A program made the position numbers and the translations under genes. The notes under the pieces are model-generated. The model saw nothing but the letters and a program-made list of their open reading frames with translations. It ran no database searches and had not been told where the DNA came from. Shown here one piece after another: positions 1 through 11,000 of a stretch of 64,000 nucleotides of DNA. Position 1 is the first letter of the stretch, and each line of letters starts with the position of its first letter. The stretch is from a virus. Location: the IMG/VR virus record IMGVR_UViG_3300045988_147856. One strand, 5' to 3'.

Positions 1-403
1 TGTGTTTAGCCGCCATCAGTTGTTCAACTTTTGTCGAGATATCTGTGGGGGTATTAGAAGCTACTTCAGTAGAATCCAGCAAGCTACTTCCAATATAAGC
101 CTCTACTATTGGGGATTTAATAATGTTCTCTCCGTTGTTTCCTATAACCTGAATACCCATAACGGACTCTATTATAGGCATTAGTGTGATGTCCTGCGGA
201 ATGGCATAGTTAATTACGCCGTTACTTGCAATTACTGTGTTTGACGCGATTATCTTTCCGCAGGTACTAAACTCTATCTTGTAAGAGGTTGCGTCTTTGA
301 GATCGGGCGATAAAGCAATTATAAGCTTGGTGGCTTTATGCTCGCCAATATATCCTATGTTTACTTTAACAGGACGCTGTAAATCTATATATACTTCTCT
401 CAG
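1..403 (-). CDS. Tail/baseplate accessory protein, partial (runs off window start); paralog of 400..978
   Basis: Open minus-strand frame from 403 to the window edge, absent from the ORF track. N-terminus LREVYIDLQRP aligns with MREIYINAEYP of the upstream paralog. The only candidate initiator is CTG (403-401), overlapping the upstream TGA stop. Confidence 0.45.
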   Translation of the reverse strand, partial: MREVYIDLQRPVKVNIGYIGEHKATKLIIALSPDLKDATSYKIEFSTCGKIIASNTVIASNGVINYAIPQDITLMPIIESVMGIQVIGNNGENIIKSPIVEAYIGSSLLDSTEVASNTPTDISTKVEQLMAAKH

Positions 404-978
404 ATTAAGTCACCATCCTTACTTTTAATTATTAAAGTCAAGACGGGTGTCTTGACTACTTGTTCATTTGCAACGAGTAGAACGCTATCAGTTGCAACCC
501 ACTCCACCCCGTACTTAGCTTCTACGACATATGCTCCGTCATTAATCTTAAATTTGAGCGTCCATATATCATAATTTTCAAACTCGTCAACAGATAGAAC
601 CCTTGAGTCATTTTTCGCCAAAGTGATAGTTTGCGAGCCTACCACAAGTCTGATTTTCTCTGCTGACTTAGGGGCTTTTACTTTATACACACCCGTCGTC
701 GCCGTCTTAGGGCTAACTCCGACGACCTGTACTTTCAGTCGTCCGCCAACAGCTAAACTTTTTGTAAGCAACACAGAACACACGCCGTCGGTTGCCGTCG
801 CACCAACAGATGACTCTTTGTTGAAGGCGTCTTTAAAATGAATCGTGTAATTGAATTTCTCCCCGACCATAAAATCGGGGAGTTTTATTTTTAGGTCTGC
901 ACTATTGTTTTCGCCATCGTACCCCCACACCACTTCTTGCGTGTTGGGATATTCGGCGTTTATGTAGATTTCACGCAA
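400..978 (-). CDS. Ig-like (BppU-N-like) tail/baseplate accessory protein
   Basis: 192-aa beta-rich ORF directly downstream of the fibre gene. Its pattern (GENNSADLKIKLPDF...GRLKVQVVG) resembles upper-baseplate N-domains. Confidence 0.55.
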   Translation of the reverse strand: MREIYINAEYPNTQEVVWGYDGENNSADLKIKLPDFMVGEKFNYTIHFKDAFNKESSVGATATDGVCSVLLTKSLAVGGRLKVQVVGVSPKTATTGVYKVKAPKSAEKIRLVVGSQTITLAKNDSRVLSVDEFENYDIWTLKFKINDGAYVVEAKYGVEWVATDSVLLVANEQVVKTPVLTLIIKSKDGDLI

Positions 979-984
979 ATAGCA

Positions 985-1359
985 TCAATCCTCTTCAATA
1001 AAGTCATAGATCGCGGCTATGTCGTCGGGGGAGAGCTCAACGTTATCAAGCTCCGACAAATAAATCTTTGTGTCGGGCGTAGTAGCCTCTATCCCACTAA
1101 GCTCTTTAATAGCAGCAGCACACTCATCCGTCTTATCTTCTTGGATTTTGTAGCCGTTACCACTTATGACGGGTTCGCCATTTTCGTCTTTTTCTCCGTA
1201 CTGTTCAATTATCTGAGAGAGACGCTCTGTGTAAAAATTCGCGTCGTCCTTCAAGAAGTTAGACAGCTTTGAGATTTTGTATGCCGTTTTGGCGGGCATA
1301 GCACTATGACTTATTTTATTAAGAGCCGCACGGGCTCTGTAAGCATTTTCTATTGTCAT
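985..1359 (-). CDS. Hypothetical late-module protein (possible fibre chaperone by position)
   Basis: 124-aa acidic ORF packed between the fibre gene and the baseplate paralogs. No recognisable domain. Confidence 0.55.
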   Translation of the reverse strand: MTIENAYRARAALNKISHSAMPAKTAYKISKLSNFLKDDANFYTERLSQIIEQYGEKDENGEPVISGNGYKIQEDKTDECAAAIKELSGIEATTPDTKIYLSELDNVELSPDDIAAIYDFIEED

Positions 1360-1388
1360 TTATATAAGCTCCTTTTATTCGTGTTGGG

Positions 1389-4300
1389 TTATACACCTAT
1401 AATCTTGCGCAGAACAAACTTTTGGGGTGTAGACTGTATGCCGCCAATAGTGGCGTTGGCAGTATTTAGCGAGATTCCCAAAACCTCGTTATCCCAAACA
1501 TATATATATTTAAGTGCTACATATTTAAAGCTTGCACTTCCAGCAAGAAATACCGACACGCCATCTCCATTTCGATTTTTAACGTGTTCTTTAGGAATGA
1601 AAGTGTAATTCCAGCAATAATCTTCTGCTTTGTCTGTATACGCACTCCACACAAGAACAATCCCGTTAGGCATAGCTGAAACATTTTGGGCTAAGGAAGC
1701 TCTTTGGTCTCCGCCCATAAATGATCCAGAACTCGTCCAAAGCTCAGGGTACGAACCTATTTCTACCCCCTTAACATAAACACCCGATGTCGCTTTCAGA
1801 ACCCCCGTTTTGATAGCGGGGTTAATCTCCCACAAGGCATTAATTTTATTATAATTAATTTTTCCTGTATTGGCTGTGGTTTCGCCTTCGCAAGTTACAT
1901 TAAAACCGTTAGGGCAAGAAATTGTTACCCTTCCACCCTTTGCGGTTTTATTACTCGTAAATCCGAGAGATTGAATTACTATATTATTTGTCGCCTGTAT
2001 ACTTAAATAACCTGTACTCTGTAATAATAGATTATTAGCAAAATTACTATCGTCACTTGTTGCGCCGATTACTATTGTTTCCCCGGCTATAGCTACGCAA
2101 GTATCTCCGGAGGTATCTTCATAAAGGACAACTCTGCCATTAGTATCTGAACCATCTGTCTTGGTTAAATAAAGACCAACCTCTGTTTCTCCATCTGCCG
2201 TTTCACTCTTCAGCCACATGTCGTAGTTAGCGCCCTTAACTCTAACCGTACCCGTGAGCTGCGCGTCACCGGTATCAAGGTTAATATAAGTCTCGCCGTC
2301 TTTTGATTTAAGCAGACCCGCAGTTATTTCACCCGCAGAAGCTCTACGAACCTCAAGGTTGTTAACTGCGTACCAACCCGCAGTAACATTAGTCTTAGTA
2401 GAAGTGTCTTTGACAAATGTAGCTATGGCAATAGAGAAGTTTACCGGAGTAAGCGAAGTGCTCCCGAGACTTTTAGTGTCGATAGTGACGGTGCTGTTGA
2501 GCGTCGTATAGCCACCGTTTGAAAGCGGTACTTTATCGGAATATATGTTTTTCTTACTCTCTACGCCTTGGGCGTTACGCACGGTAACAACAAGAGCAAT
2601 CTTAACATCCAACGAATTATTGTGATACGCTCGGCTATACACGTTACCTGTAATTCTGAATGAGTCGCCAATCTTACACGGATATAATTTGCTGATGTAA
2701 GTGAAATATGGCGAAGCGGTAGGGTAGGAGATAGGGGTAAGCCAACGCTCATTTATATACGGCTTGTGAGCTGCTTCAGCGGCATACTCGGCGGCGGATT
2801 TGAATCCGTACACATCAGCAGTTTCTTCGCTGAGGTTGACATAGTTTGTGTAGTCGCCGACCGCAATAGAGTCTATAGACAAACTGCCAGTAGCTACAAT
2901 ACTGCCATCCAAATACATCTGCCCGTCTTCAACACCGAACACCTTTTTGCCATTTGGGTCTTTTATAAGGATATCGCCGTTGTTAATCGTAAGTCCTTTA
3001 TCATCTATAGTTACGCTGTAGTCTCCGTTTTCTTCAGATCCGCCAGCTATAATGAGGTTGTTACCGGCTATAATCTTACCTATAATGACATCTCCGGCTA
3101 CGCCGTACTTGTAAACATCATTGCCGCTTTTATCTTTCCCGAGATACAGTTTGCCGACAGCTGTTTTAGCCGTCTCCCACCCATCGTCAGTGAAGACTAT
3201 GCAATTGTTAACAATGCGGAGCTGTTCGCCGTCGTATATAGGATTACCCTGTGAATCCGTAAGAAAGATAGGGTTGCCGTCGGCGTCGAGAGCATCCATA
3301 CCCTGCGCGTCCTTTTGTGTTTTACGCAAGCGACCGAGATAGCCGCCGTCGTCTATGATAACTTCTTGATTTTTAGCCGAGAGAGCTTTGTCTTTTGTAA
3401 GTATCAGAGCCTCGTCAATCCACTTGGAAGCATCGCTGACCTGCTTAGACATATCTTCGACTATGCCTGTGACGTACTGCAAGGTAGCCTTTGACTTTGA
3501 TACATCGCCAAACACATCCTCAAACAACGACCTCGGGTCATACTGATTGTATTTGTTACCAAATGTTAGAGATATGGTTTTGGACTCAAAATCTATGTCT
3601 ATAGTGAGCAAGTGCAGTTGCTCAAATTGGTCGTCGTCTACTTCTGCGGTCACTATACAGCCGCTCTCAAGTTGCGAAGTAAATGAGGCAAATTGCTGCG
3701 AAAAAATAAACGAACGAGTTGTGACTTCAAACTTTCTGTTGGGTGTTGAAATTTTAGAAAGCTGAGTTTTGGCTCGTTTCATAAGCTCAACACACCAGTC
3801 AAATATCTCATCCTGAGACATAATATCCGTCTTAGTGATATTGTCGTCGGTGTAGTCGGCTTGCTTTATATAGGCAGACAACTCGCGAAGAAGCTCGTCC
3901 GTAAATATGACTTTGCCGTTGACGTCTCTTGCGGTTGTAGACAAGCTACACGTCGCCTGAATGGCATCTATCTGAGCTTTAGTTGCGTCTGCTTGTGATT
4001 TTTGAGAATTATATAGCGTCTGCTTCTGCGCCTTAGTTATAGATAATTCTGCGATTTTGGCATTAACAGTCGCGAGAGCAACGGGCACAGCATCCGTAGT
4101 CGCGTCGTCGCCAACCGCGCCACTCTTTTTGAGCTGGCTAAGCAACGATGTCTTCTTTGAACTTATCGTGCCGGAAAGAATACAATCACGACAGGTGTAA
4201 TAGATATCAATCTGAGTATTCAGCTTGTCTATATCCATCTGCGTTTCGCTCATAGCGAGATACTGGTTGTAATACTCTCTGTTGAGGGCTACATAACTTT

Positions 4301-5177
4301 CTTCCACAGAGGCAATTTTTGCTTCCCAGCGCGTAACCGCGTCCTGTAACTCAGGAGACATCCAATGTTTATGGTATGTGAAGTCGTAAATAACGGTTGT
4401 ACCGATAGGGTTAACTCGGCGAATACTCATATTCTCGTCACCGGTAACACTTAACGCCGTGTAGAGGTCGTCGTAGTCCTGCGAAATATCAAGCCCTTCA
4501 ATAATATTATTCCTTGCAAGATGAATACTTGTAAGGTGTTGGTCGGCGTAGGCAGCTCTATCATATACAGATATCTTGCGGTTAATTATGTCATAGCAGA
4601 ACACACAATCGAACTTGTCCTGCAAGTCGTTCATAAAGAACTCGTATATGCTCGTAGACTCTGCGATCTCAAAATATCTACTGCGAGCCTTAACCTTGTC
4701 GTCTATATGGTCGAGAGACCACGACGGACATTTAGCTATAGCAAGGGTTAACACGCCGTCTTTGGTATCATTAGATATCAGCGGATAAACACCCGCCTTA
4801 TAGAACGGCGCTTCAAGCTCCTCAAGCTCACGCTCAACGGACACACAGGATATCTCTTTTACTCGCCCCTCTTGGGAGAACGAGTCTTCAACACTGTCTA
4901 TTATGAAATATCCAATATCCGAGGCGTATATATATCTTCCAGTTTCGAGGTCACTATAGGTATTACGCACCTTTTCGTCGATAAGCGGAAGAGTAAAGGC
5001 TAACTCAGAGAGAGAGCCAAAATTGAGGGTAGCATCTATATCTTTGGCATACGGCAACGCGCACACCGAATTGGTGAGTAAATTATCTGAAGCCACATAA
5101 CTGCCGGGGTTGCACACCGTGAGCAGGGGAGTCTCGAAGCGTTTGAATTTGTCAAACCTTGCTATCACGTCATCCAC
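1389..5177 (-). CDS. Tail tip / tail-associated (Tal-like) protein with long fibre-like C-terminus
   Basis: 1262-aa ORF overlapping the Dit-like stop. N-terminal region resembles siphovirus tail-associated proteins, the middle is coiled-coil, and the C-terminus is Gly/Thr/Ser-rich beta sequence. Confidence 0.75.
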   Translation of the reverse strand: MDDVIARFDKFKRFETPLLTVCNPGSYVASDNLLTNSVCALPYAKDIDATLNFGSLSELAFTLPLIDEKVRNTYSDLETGRYIYASDIGYFIIDSVEDSFSQEGRVKEISCVSVERELEELEAPFYKAGVYPLISNDTKDGVLTLAIAKCPSWSLDHIDDKVKARSRYFEIAESTSIYEFFMNDLQDKFDCVFCYDIINRKISVYDRAAYADQHLTSIHLARNNIIEGLDISQDYDDLYTALSVTGDENMSIRRVNPIGTTVIYDFTYHKHWMSPELQDAVTRWEAKIASVEESYVALNREYYNQYLAMSETQMDIDKLNTQIDIYYTCRDCILSGTISSKKTSLLSQLKKSGAVGDDATTDAVPVALATVNAKIAELSITKAQKQTLYNSQKSQADATKAQIDAIQATCSLSTTARDVNGKVIFTDELLRELSAYIKQADYTDDNITKTDIMSQDEIFDWCVELMKRAKTQLSKISTPNRKFEVTTRSFIFSQQFASFTSQLESGCIVTAEVDDDQFEQLHLLTIDIDFESKTISLTFGNKYNQYDPRSLFEDVFGDVSKSKATLQYVTGIVEDMSKQVSDASKWIDEALILTKDKALSAKNQEVIIDDGGYLGRLRKTQKDAQGMDALDADGNPIFLTDSQGNPIYDGEQLRIVNNCIVFTDDGWETAKTAVGKLYLGKDKSGNDVYKYGVAGDVIIGKIIAGNNLIIAGGSEENGDYSVTIDDKGLTINNGDILIKDPNGKKVFGVEDGQMYLDGSIVATGSLSIDSIAVGDYTNYVNLSEETADVYGFKSAAEYAAEAAHKPYINERWLTPISYPTASPYFTYISKLYPCKIGDSFRITGNVYSRAYHNNSLDVKIALVVTVRNAQGVESKKNIYSDKVPLSNGGYTTLNSTVTIDTKSLGSTSLTPVNFSIAIATFVKDTSTKTNVTAGWYAVNNLEVRRASAGEITAGLLKSKDGETYINLDTGDAQLTGTVRVKGANYDMWLKSETADGETEVGLYLTKTDGSDTNGRVVLYEDTSGDTCVAIAGETIVIGATSDDSNFANNLLLQSTGYLSIQATNNIVIQSLGFTSNKTAKGGRVTISCPNGFNVTCEGETTANTGKINYNKINALWEINPAIKTGVLKATSGVYVKGVEIGSYPELWTSSGSFMGGDQRASLAQNVSAMPNGIVLVWSAYTDKAEDYCWNYTFIPKEHVKNRNGDGVSVFLAGSASFKYVALKYIYVWDNEVLGISLNTANATIGGIQSTPQKFVLRKIIGV

Positions 5178-5974
5178 CTCGCATTATTCCAAGTAAACTT
5201 TACCGACGACACACCGCCGGTAACAGAGATGATATTCTCGCCCGGAACAAGCCTCAAGAAATGCTGATTGATAAGCTTGTTGTAATACTCGGCATTGGCG
5301 TCATTCACAATCGTTCCTATAGCACAATCGGCGTACAACACAGCCTTTGCCGTTGCATCTTTAATCTGCATAGCACGGTTGTTATCGCTTTTGTTCGTTA
5401 TAGTCACATCCGCTTTTGTGTTGCCGCAGGTGATAACAAGATATGGATAGACGTAATCCTGTATGTCCGTATCAACATTAAGCGTTATATCCGAGCTGAA
5501 AGAGGTGGCTGTGACCTCCACTTTTTCCTGTATAGCCATTGTGGATGAGCACATACAAGTACAACGCCAGCCGACAGTACCCTCGGCGTATTCAATTTTC
5601 TCAGGGTTACAGAATACGCACTCAAGATATTGTCTTTTTATTGTACCGTTCACATACTCGGCTTCTTTGTCGTCCTCGGGGTCTATATAGAGCTCTTTGA
5701 AGGTAGGGGAGTTGAAGAGCCAATTCTTTATAGCTCGCTCATGTACAGAGCAATACCCCTCTTCGCCGATTATCTCGACCTCGAACTCAAGCGGAGCGCT
5801 CTCGCGGGAGACTCCTGTAATATATCTTTTATTCTGCGCAGGAAAGAACGACGACGAGTATTCCACAGAACCCTCCGCCGAAGCAAGCCCGTCTGTATCA
5901 ATTCGCAGAATTGAAAGATTATAACGCGACGAGTTAACTCCGTCATAAATGAACCTATTTCCTAACAGATAAAT
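5165..5974 (-). CDS. Distal tail protein (Dit-like)
   Basis: Sipho-tail-like sequence (FIYDGVNSSRYNLSILRIDTDGL...). Best start is the in-frame ATT (5974-5972), 9 nt after SD GAAAGGGG. The track ATG at 6130 would add ~50 implausible residues across a divergent promoter. Confidence 0.6.
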   Translation of the reverse strand: MYLLGNRFIYDGVNSSRYNLSILRIDTDGLASAEGSVEYSSSFFPAQNKRYITGVSRESAPLEFEVEIIGEEGYCSVHERAIKNWLFNSPTFKELYIDPEDDKEAEYVNGTIKRQYLECVFCNPEKIEYAEGTVGWRCTCMCSSTMAIQEKVEVTATSFSSDITLNVDTDIQDYVYPYLVITCGNTKADVTITNKSDNNRAMQIKDATAKAVLYADCAIGTIVNDANAEYYNKLINQHFLRLVPGENIISVTGGVSSVKFTWNNARWMT

Positions 5975-6044
5975 ATTGACTCGCCCCTTTCTAAAATAAT
6001 AAAATCCGCGTACAGTTTTGATTATTTGTACGCAGATTTTTGTA

Positions 6045-6072
6045 TTGAAAAATATATTTGTTGTGGTATAAT
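6045..6072 (+). promoter_or_regulatory. Sigma-70-type promoter with extended -10
   Basis: TTGAAA, 16-nt spacer, then TGgTATAAT, about 30 nt upstream of the 6105 gene. Confidence 0.6.
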
Positions 6073-6104
6073 TGTTTATGAAAAATAAAGTTGGAGGAAT
6101 AGTT

Positions 6105-6350
6105 GTGGCTAAAATATGCGGAGAGCACACTTGTTCTCAATGTGGAACTGTGATTGCTTGGGAGTATCATATTCCTAATAAATTATCAAGCGGTCAGTGT
6201 GAGATAGAAGATATTATTTTTTCTAAATACCACCCATTTAGAATTAACAGTATCTCGTCAAGCACAATCGCCCTACGAGTTACCTGCTCAAATTGCGGTC
6301 AGTCCGACGAATTTATTTGCAACTCTTACAATTCTCGCAACGCGAAATAA
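6105..6350 (+). CDS. Small CxxC zinc-ribbon protein (moron)
   Basis: GTG start 6 nt after SD TTGGAGGAA. Contains CSQCG ... CSNCG pairs. Confidence 0.5.
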   Translation: MAKICGEHTCSQCGTVIAWEYHIPNKLSSGQCEIEDIIFSKYHPFRINSISSSTIALRVTCSNCGQSDEFICNSYNSRNAK

Positions 6351-6558
6351 GTGATTTTAAGCATATCCAATCAAGCTTCTTAAGATGCTTACAGTAAAGA
6401 TCGCCTGCGTATATTTTTATTGACAACATACGGTAAGGACAGATATATAAGAAGCAATCCTCCTCCGTAATATATTTTCTATTGCATAAAAACTCTTTCT
6501 GACATTTAGTCAGCTTTTGCCTACGTTTGTTCATTCCTTTTGTTCCTTTCGTTTTCAA
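6313..6558 (-). CDS. Small basic Cys-rich protein, candidate toxin partner of the Panacea-domain gene
   Basis: 81-aa ORF whose ATG overlaps the stop of 6555..7061 (ATGA-type coupling). No recognisable domain. Its 3' end overlaps the convergent 6105 gene. Confidence 0.4.
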   Translation of the reverse strand: MKTKGTKGMNKRRQKLTKCQKEFLCNRKYITEEDCFLYICPYRMLSIKIYAGDLYCKHLKKLDWICLKSLISRCENCKSCK

Positions 6559-7061
6559 TCGGCGTCCTCAAATTCATCATAGTACATATCCCACACATAA
6601 TCGTATGGGCGAACCTTTTTCGCATCAGCTCGTATGTCGTCGAGTGATAATGGAACACCGTCGCCTTTATCGCCATCCAATCTTTTATGGGCATTTTGCC
6701 AAGACGTTTCACGATAAAGCATTTCACTTAGCTTCCATGACTCCAAAGAGCCATATTCCTGAATAACATTATTGACTACATACTTAGCTGTATCTGAAAT
6801 ACGGGCATTGCCGTCGGTCAACCCGCAGTTAGACAAAAAGCCTTGAATCTCGCAACGCGCAGCTTCGCACCAAAGATTTTCGCCGAACATGGGGAGACCG
6901 GTAATAGCAATGGATTCTCTTTGCACAAAATATAAGAGCTTTTGAAGTTTTTCGTCTTCTATGTTGTTGTGCGAAACTCTTTTGTACTCTTTATGAATAT
7001 ACCGAGCTATATCAACAACCTTCTCCATTCTATCCGTCCTTTCATCGTCTTTCGACGGCAA
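6555..7061 (-). CDS. DUF4065/Panacea-domain (SocA/GepA-like) putative antitoxin
   Basis: LQKLLYFVQRESIAITGLPMFGE matches the KLQKLLYxxQ...PLFxE signature I recall for this family. Confidence 0.6.
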   Translation of the reverse strand: MPSKDDERTDRMEKVVDIARYIHKEYKRVSHNNIEDEKLQKLLYFVQRESIAITGLPMFGENLWCEAARCEIQGFLSNCGLTDGNARISDTAKYVVNNVIQEYGSLESWKLSEMLYRETSWQNAHKRLDGDKGDGVPLSLDDIRADAKKVRPYDYVWDMYYDEFEDAD

Positions 7062-7171
7062 AAAATATTTATAAAATATCTACTTGACATTATTTTCGAG
7101 CGTGATATAATCACCATATAGAAGATTATTTTGCTTTATACAAAACATTATACTGCTTAGGAGGAGAATTA

Positions 7172-8062
7172 ATGAAAAGATGTTTATCTGTAATTTTAAC
7201 TATCGCACTAATATTCATGTTCGCAGCTTGCACTAACCATAAAAATCAGCAAGAGGGAACAACGACTTCAAGTGACGTTTCTGAAGCTGGCTCACACGAG
7301 CAAGTAGGCAGATCAGCAGCCAATAAAAACAAAAACGACCAAAAGCCTAATGCTAACAACAACAATAATAACAGTGTTAATGCTAACAACAATAACGCCA
7401 ACAATGTTAATGCTAATAATACCGCAGGGCAAAATCCGCCCGCGCAAGGCAAGCCGTCGTCTTCTGGACAGCAGTCAAACTCTTCTAACAGCAAAGAAAA
7501 AGATAAGCAATTTAGCGCCGGAAATAGCGCTTTTATCGACATAAACCAAGCTTCACAAGCCACAAGCCAGATAGCAAAAGCAATATATCAGGCTTGGTAT
7601 TTTGCAATATACGAAGCAAAGGATTATGGCGATTATTATGAAACTCTTACCCATTATTGCAGAAGAACGGGCTTAGATTCGGTTGAAGTTACAGATGCAG
7701 TTGACACCATACTTTCAGACTTGGGTTATGAACCCGGTAACAACGACGACAGGTATATGATTCTTCAAATAAAAAGCGGAGCAGTCGATGTTGTTATAGG
7801 TGTCTATACAGCGAACGGGCGGCTTGATGAGATAGGCGACCTTTTGGAGTCTGCGCAGAAGAATATCTCAACACTCTCAAAAGAATATGCCGAGTACACC
7901 GATAGGGAGACTCTACGCTTGTACTACTCCGAAGCTTGGGCGTACTACAATTTCGTTTTGTCTCCCACCGGGTCTTTTTCCACTCTGGAAAATACTATAA
8001 ACACATACGAAAATAATCTTCGTAAATACAACAATCAGCTTGCATTTACATATCTTTTCTAA
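7172..8062 (+). CDS. Secreted lipoprotein with Asn-rich low-complexity linker (superinfection-exclusion-type moron)
   Basis: Signal peptide plus lipobox (LIFMFAAC), SD AGGAGG upstream, N-rich repeats, convergent with the tape-measure stop. Confidence 0.75.
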   Translation: MKRCLSVILTIALIFMFAACTNHKNQQEGTTTSSDVSEAGSHEQVGRSAANKNKNDQKPNANNNNNNSVNANNNNANNVNANNTAGQNPPAQGKPSSSGQQSNSSNSKEKDKQFSAGNSAFIDINQASQATSQIAKAIYQAWYFAIYEAKDYGDYYETLTHYCRRTGLDSVEVTDAVDTILSDLGYEPGNNDDRYMILQIKSGAVDVVIGVYTANGRLDEIGDLLESAQKNISTLSKEYAEYTDRETLRLYYSEAWAYYNFVLSPTGSFSTLENTINTYENNLRKYNNQLAFTYLF

Positions 8063-8064
8063 AA

Positions 8065-11000
8065 TTATTTTTTCATTTTCTTAAACTCATTAAGAATATC
8101 TGTAACGATTTGCTTGTGAGCTCTACGCAGCTCGCCAACCGTCTTCTCGTCAGCCGATCCATTAATAACAACGTCGCCGACTGTAATATTACACGGAGAC
8201 GCTATAGACACGGATGACGCAGCAGACAGAGACTTAATCATTGAGCCGAGCACCTCACCGGGCTGATTAGCCCACTTGTAAAGAAACTCACTTGCCTTGG
8301 CGTTGAACACCTTGTCGCCGTCATTGAGGAACTTGTAGCGACCCTTGTCGGGGGAGCCGAGTATAAGCTCAAGACCCTTTTCGTCAATGTTGGCTATACC
8401 GCCTTTGGCATGGGGAGTACCCGTAGCGTAACCTTGAATATCAGACTTCCACACCCAACCGGTATACGCGCCGTTAACGCCTATGAGGACTTGGTTGCCC
8501 TTGACCTGATAAACGGTATACTTGCCTCCGGGGACATGAGATGCCATTTTTGCGTTGCCGCTTTGAGAAGAGAAGTGCGTTGCTGACTTCTTGATAGTCA
8601 CCTTATCACCACGGTTGGGTCCAGACTTCCGACTTGTATTAGAAGAACCGCTGGACTTGCCCGCATTTTTAGCGATGGTTTGCGCCGCATCTTTTGCACT
8701 CGTTCTCTGGGTTGCCCTCTCGCGAGCTTCACGCTCGGCGGCGGTCTCATACTTACCCTTGTTGTAGCCCGTCATATTGTCGAGCTTCATGCCGTAGTTG
8801 TCGTCGAGTAGACTATTGTAACGGTTAAGAGCCTCGTATGCGGCTTCCCATTTTTCTGTGATTGAACGATCAATTCCGTCGCCGTAAGCCCGGTTGTACT
8901 CAATCATCTCCTGATATAGTTGAGCATTACCGTTCTGCAAGTCTTCGATGGCTTGCCGACGAAGCTCATAGGCGTTGTCAAGGTAGTCCTCGATAGCTTC
9001 TATTTGCTTCTCGTAATACTGCGTCTGCATCTCTTCGAGGTCGTCGTACATCTTTTCAGCCTTGTCGAGTTCCTCATCGCGCTCAAAGTCGTTTAAGTCT
9101 TTCTTAGCGTCGGAGAGACTCTCTTCAAGTTCGAGACGGCGCTTCTGCGCTTCAACGGAGTCGTCTGCTTCGAGTTCAAGCAATTCCGCCTGTATATCTG
9201 TAACCTTCTTACGCTTCTCGCGGCGCTCTTCCTCTTTGTCTATCTGGTCGTAGTGTTCCTTGAGGAGGTCGCGCTGTTTGTCGTAGAAATCTTTTACATT
9301 ATCTTGACGCTCTTTGAGAACATCTTTCTCATTGTTCTTCTCCTGCTTAAGCATATCAATGCGAAGGTCGATAAGGTCTTCAAGGGCGTCCTGTGAGTCC
9401 TTAGCCTGTTGTTCCTCAAACTTGTGGATAGCCTCTTCATTTTCACGCCACTCTTCGGCGTACTTGGTCTTGTCGTTGAGGTATTTCTTGTAGTTCGCCG
9501 CGAGCCATGTGTAATACTCGCCCTCATCGATTTTACCCATTTCGAGCTCATGCTTCTTGAGGTCAACAGCTTCATTCCAGTCGTCGAGGCGTTTCTGCTT
9601 CTTCCACTTGTAGATTTCCTCTTCGTACTTACGCCACTCTTCAGCATACTTCTTTTGGTTGTTGAGTTGCCTTTTGTAGTTAGCTTCAAGCCAAGCGTAG
9701 TATTGCTCTTCGGTAATCTGATCCATTTCGAGCTGGTGCTTCTTAACAGCCAACATCTCGTTCCACGCTTTAAGGCGCGGGTCGCTGGAAGATGAAGAGG
9801 AAGAAGATGAGGAAGACGAGGACTTAGATTTAGAAGACCCACCGCTGTAGTAGGTGTCAAAGTCGCCGACGTTTTGAATACGTCCGACATTTGCCTTGTA
9901 TTTTTCGAGCTGACTTATCTCCGACTGAAGATTCTTTACGTTATCAGCGTATTTGTTATTATAATCGGAAGAGCTCTTGCCAGCCTGTGCCAACATTTTG
10001 TTGACCTCTGACTCAAACATATTAGAGAAGTTAATAGTAGTGAACTTACCGGCTTTGATTTGAGCGAGAGCTTGCTTAAGGACATTAAGTACGGCGGCAA
10101 ATTTAATGCTCGGTTTTATCGCGTCATCGAATATAGCCTGAGACAAAACCGCTAATGTGCCTCTGAATTTGTACATCGCTAACTGGCTTTGCTTTAAATT
10201 TATCTCTTCTTGAATACTCGTTTGAATGGCTTGGATTTGTGTCATAACCATTTTTTTGCGAGCATCAGTAGCTAAGTGTATCGCGCCAGTCTCATCAATT
10301 TCCAAAACCTCTGCATATTTAGAGTTCTTTTCAATAAGAGACAGATATGTTTGTAGCGATATTTCGCCCGTATTGTTTTGCTCTTCCATAGCCGCAGTTA
10401 AATCATCGTAAGTGGCTTTAACCGCAGTCATGGCGGTAGACAACTCTTTAGCTGAGTCTATATTGCCCGACACGCCGTCCAAACTCTTACCAAAAGAGGT
10501 TGACAAGTTATCGGCTGCTTTTGAATAGCTTTCCGAAACTCTCTCACTTTCATTAACGAACTCTTGGGCTATCTCACCAATTGAACCAAAGAACTCAAAA
10601 ATTTGAGAAGAGTCTATACCGTCAATCTGGAAAACCGAAGACAGGAAGTCCTGTACTTCATCTGAAAGACTACCAAATTTATCTTCAAACTGAGAGCGGA
10701 ACTCATCGCCCGTGAGAGATAAGAACTTATTTATAGACTCTTTTGCTTCATCGGAGGCGTCCTCCCAGTTGCCAAAAATTTTGCTGAGGTCTGCAAGGTC
10801 TTGCATCTCACTAACGGTTTGAGCGTATTCATCAGTAGCCGCCGTGGAGTTGCCAAAGCTTGCGGCAAGGGCATCTATACCACCCGCAAATTCAACAAAA
10901 GCATCGTACTCTTCTTTATCCGGGATAGCTTTATGCAAAGCTTTTTCAAAGTCTTCCATGCTCTTTGAGCTCTTGTCGTCACCCACATAGCGAGCGACTC

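Noticed and set aside
1389-5177. A diversity-generating retroelement targeting the fibre C-terminus.
   Set aside because: There is no reverse transcriptase gene and no template/variable repeat pair anywhere in the window.
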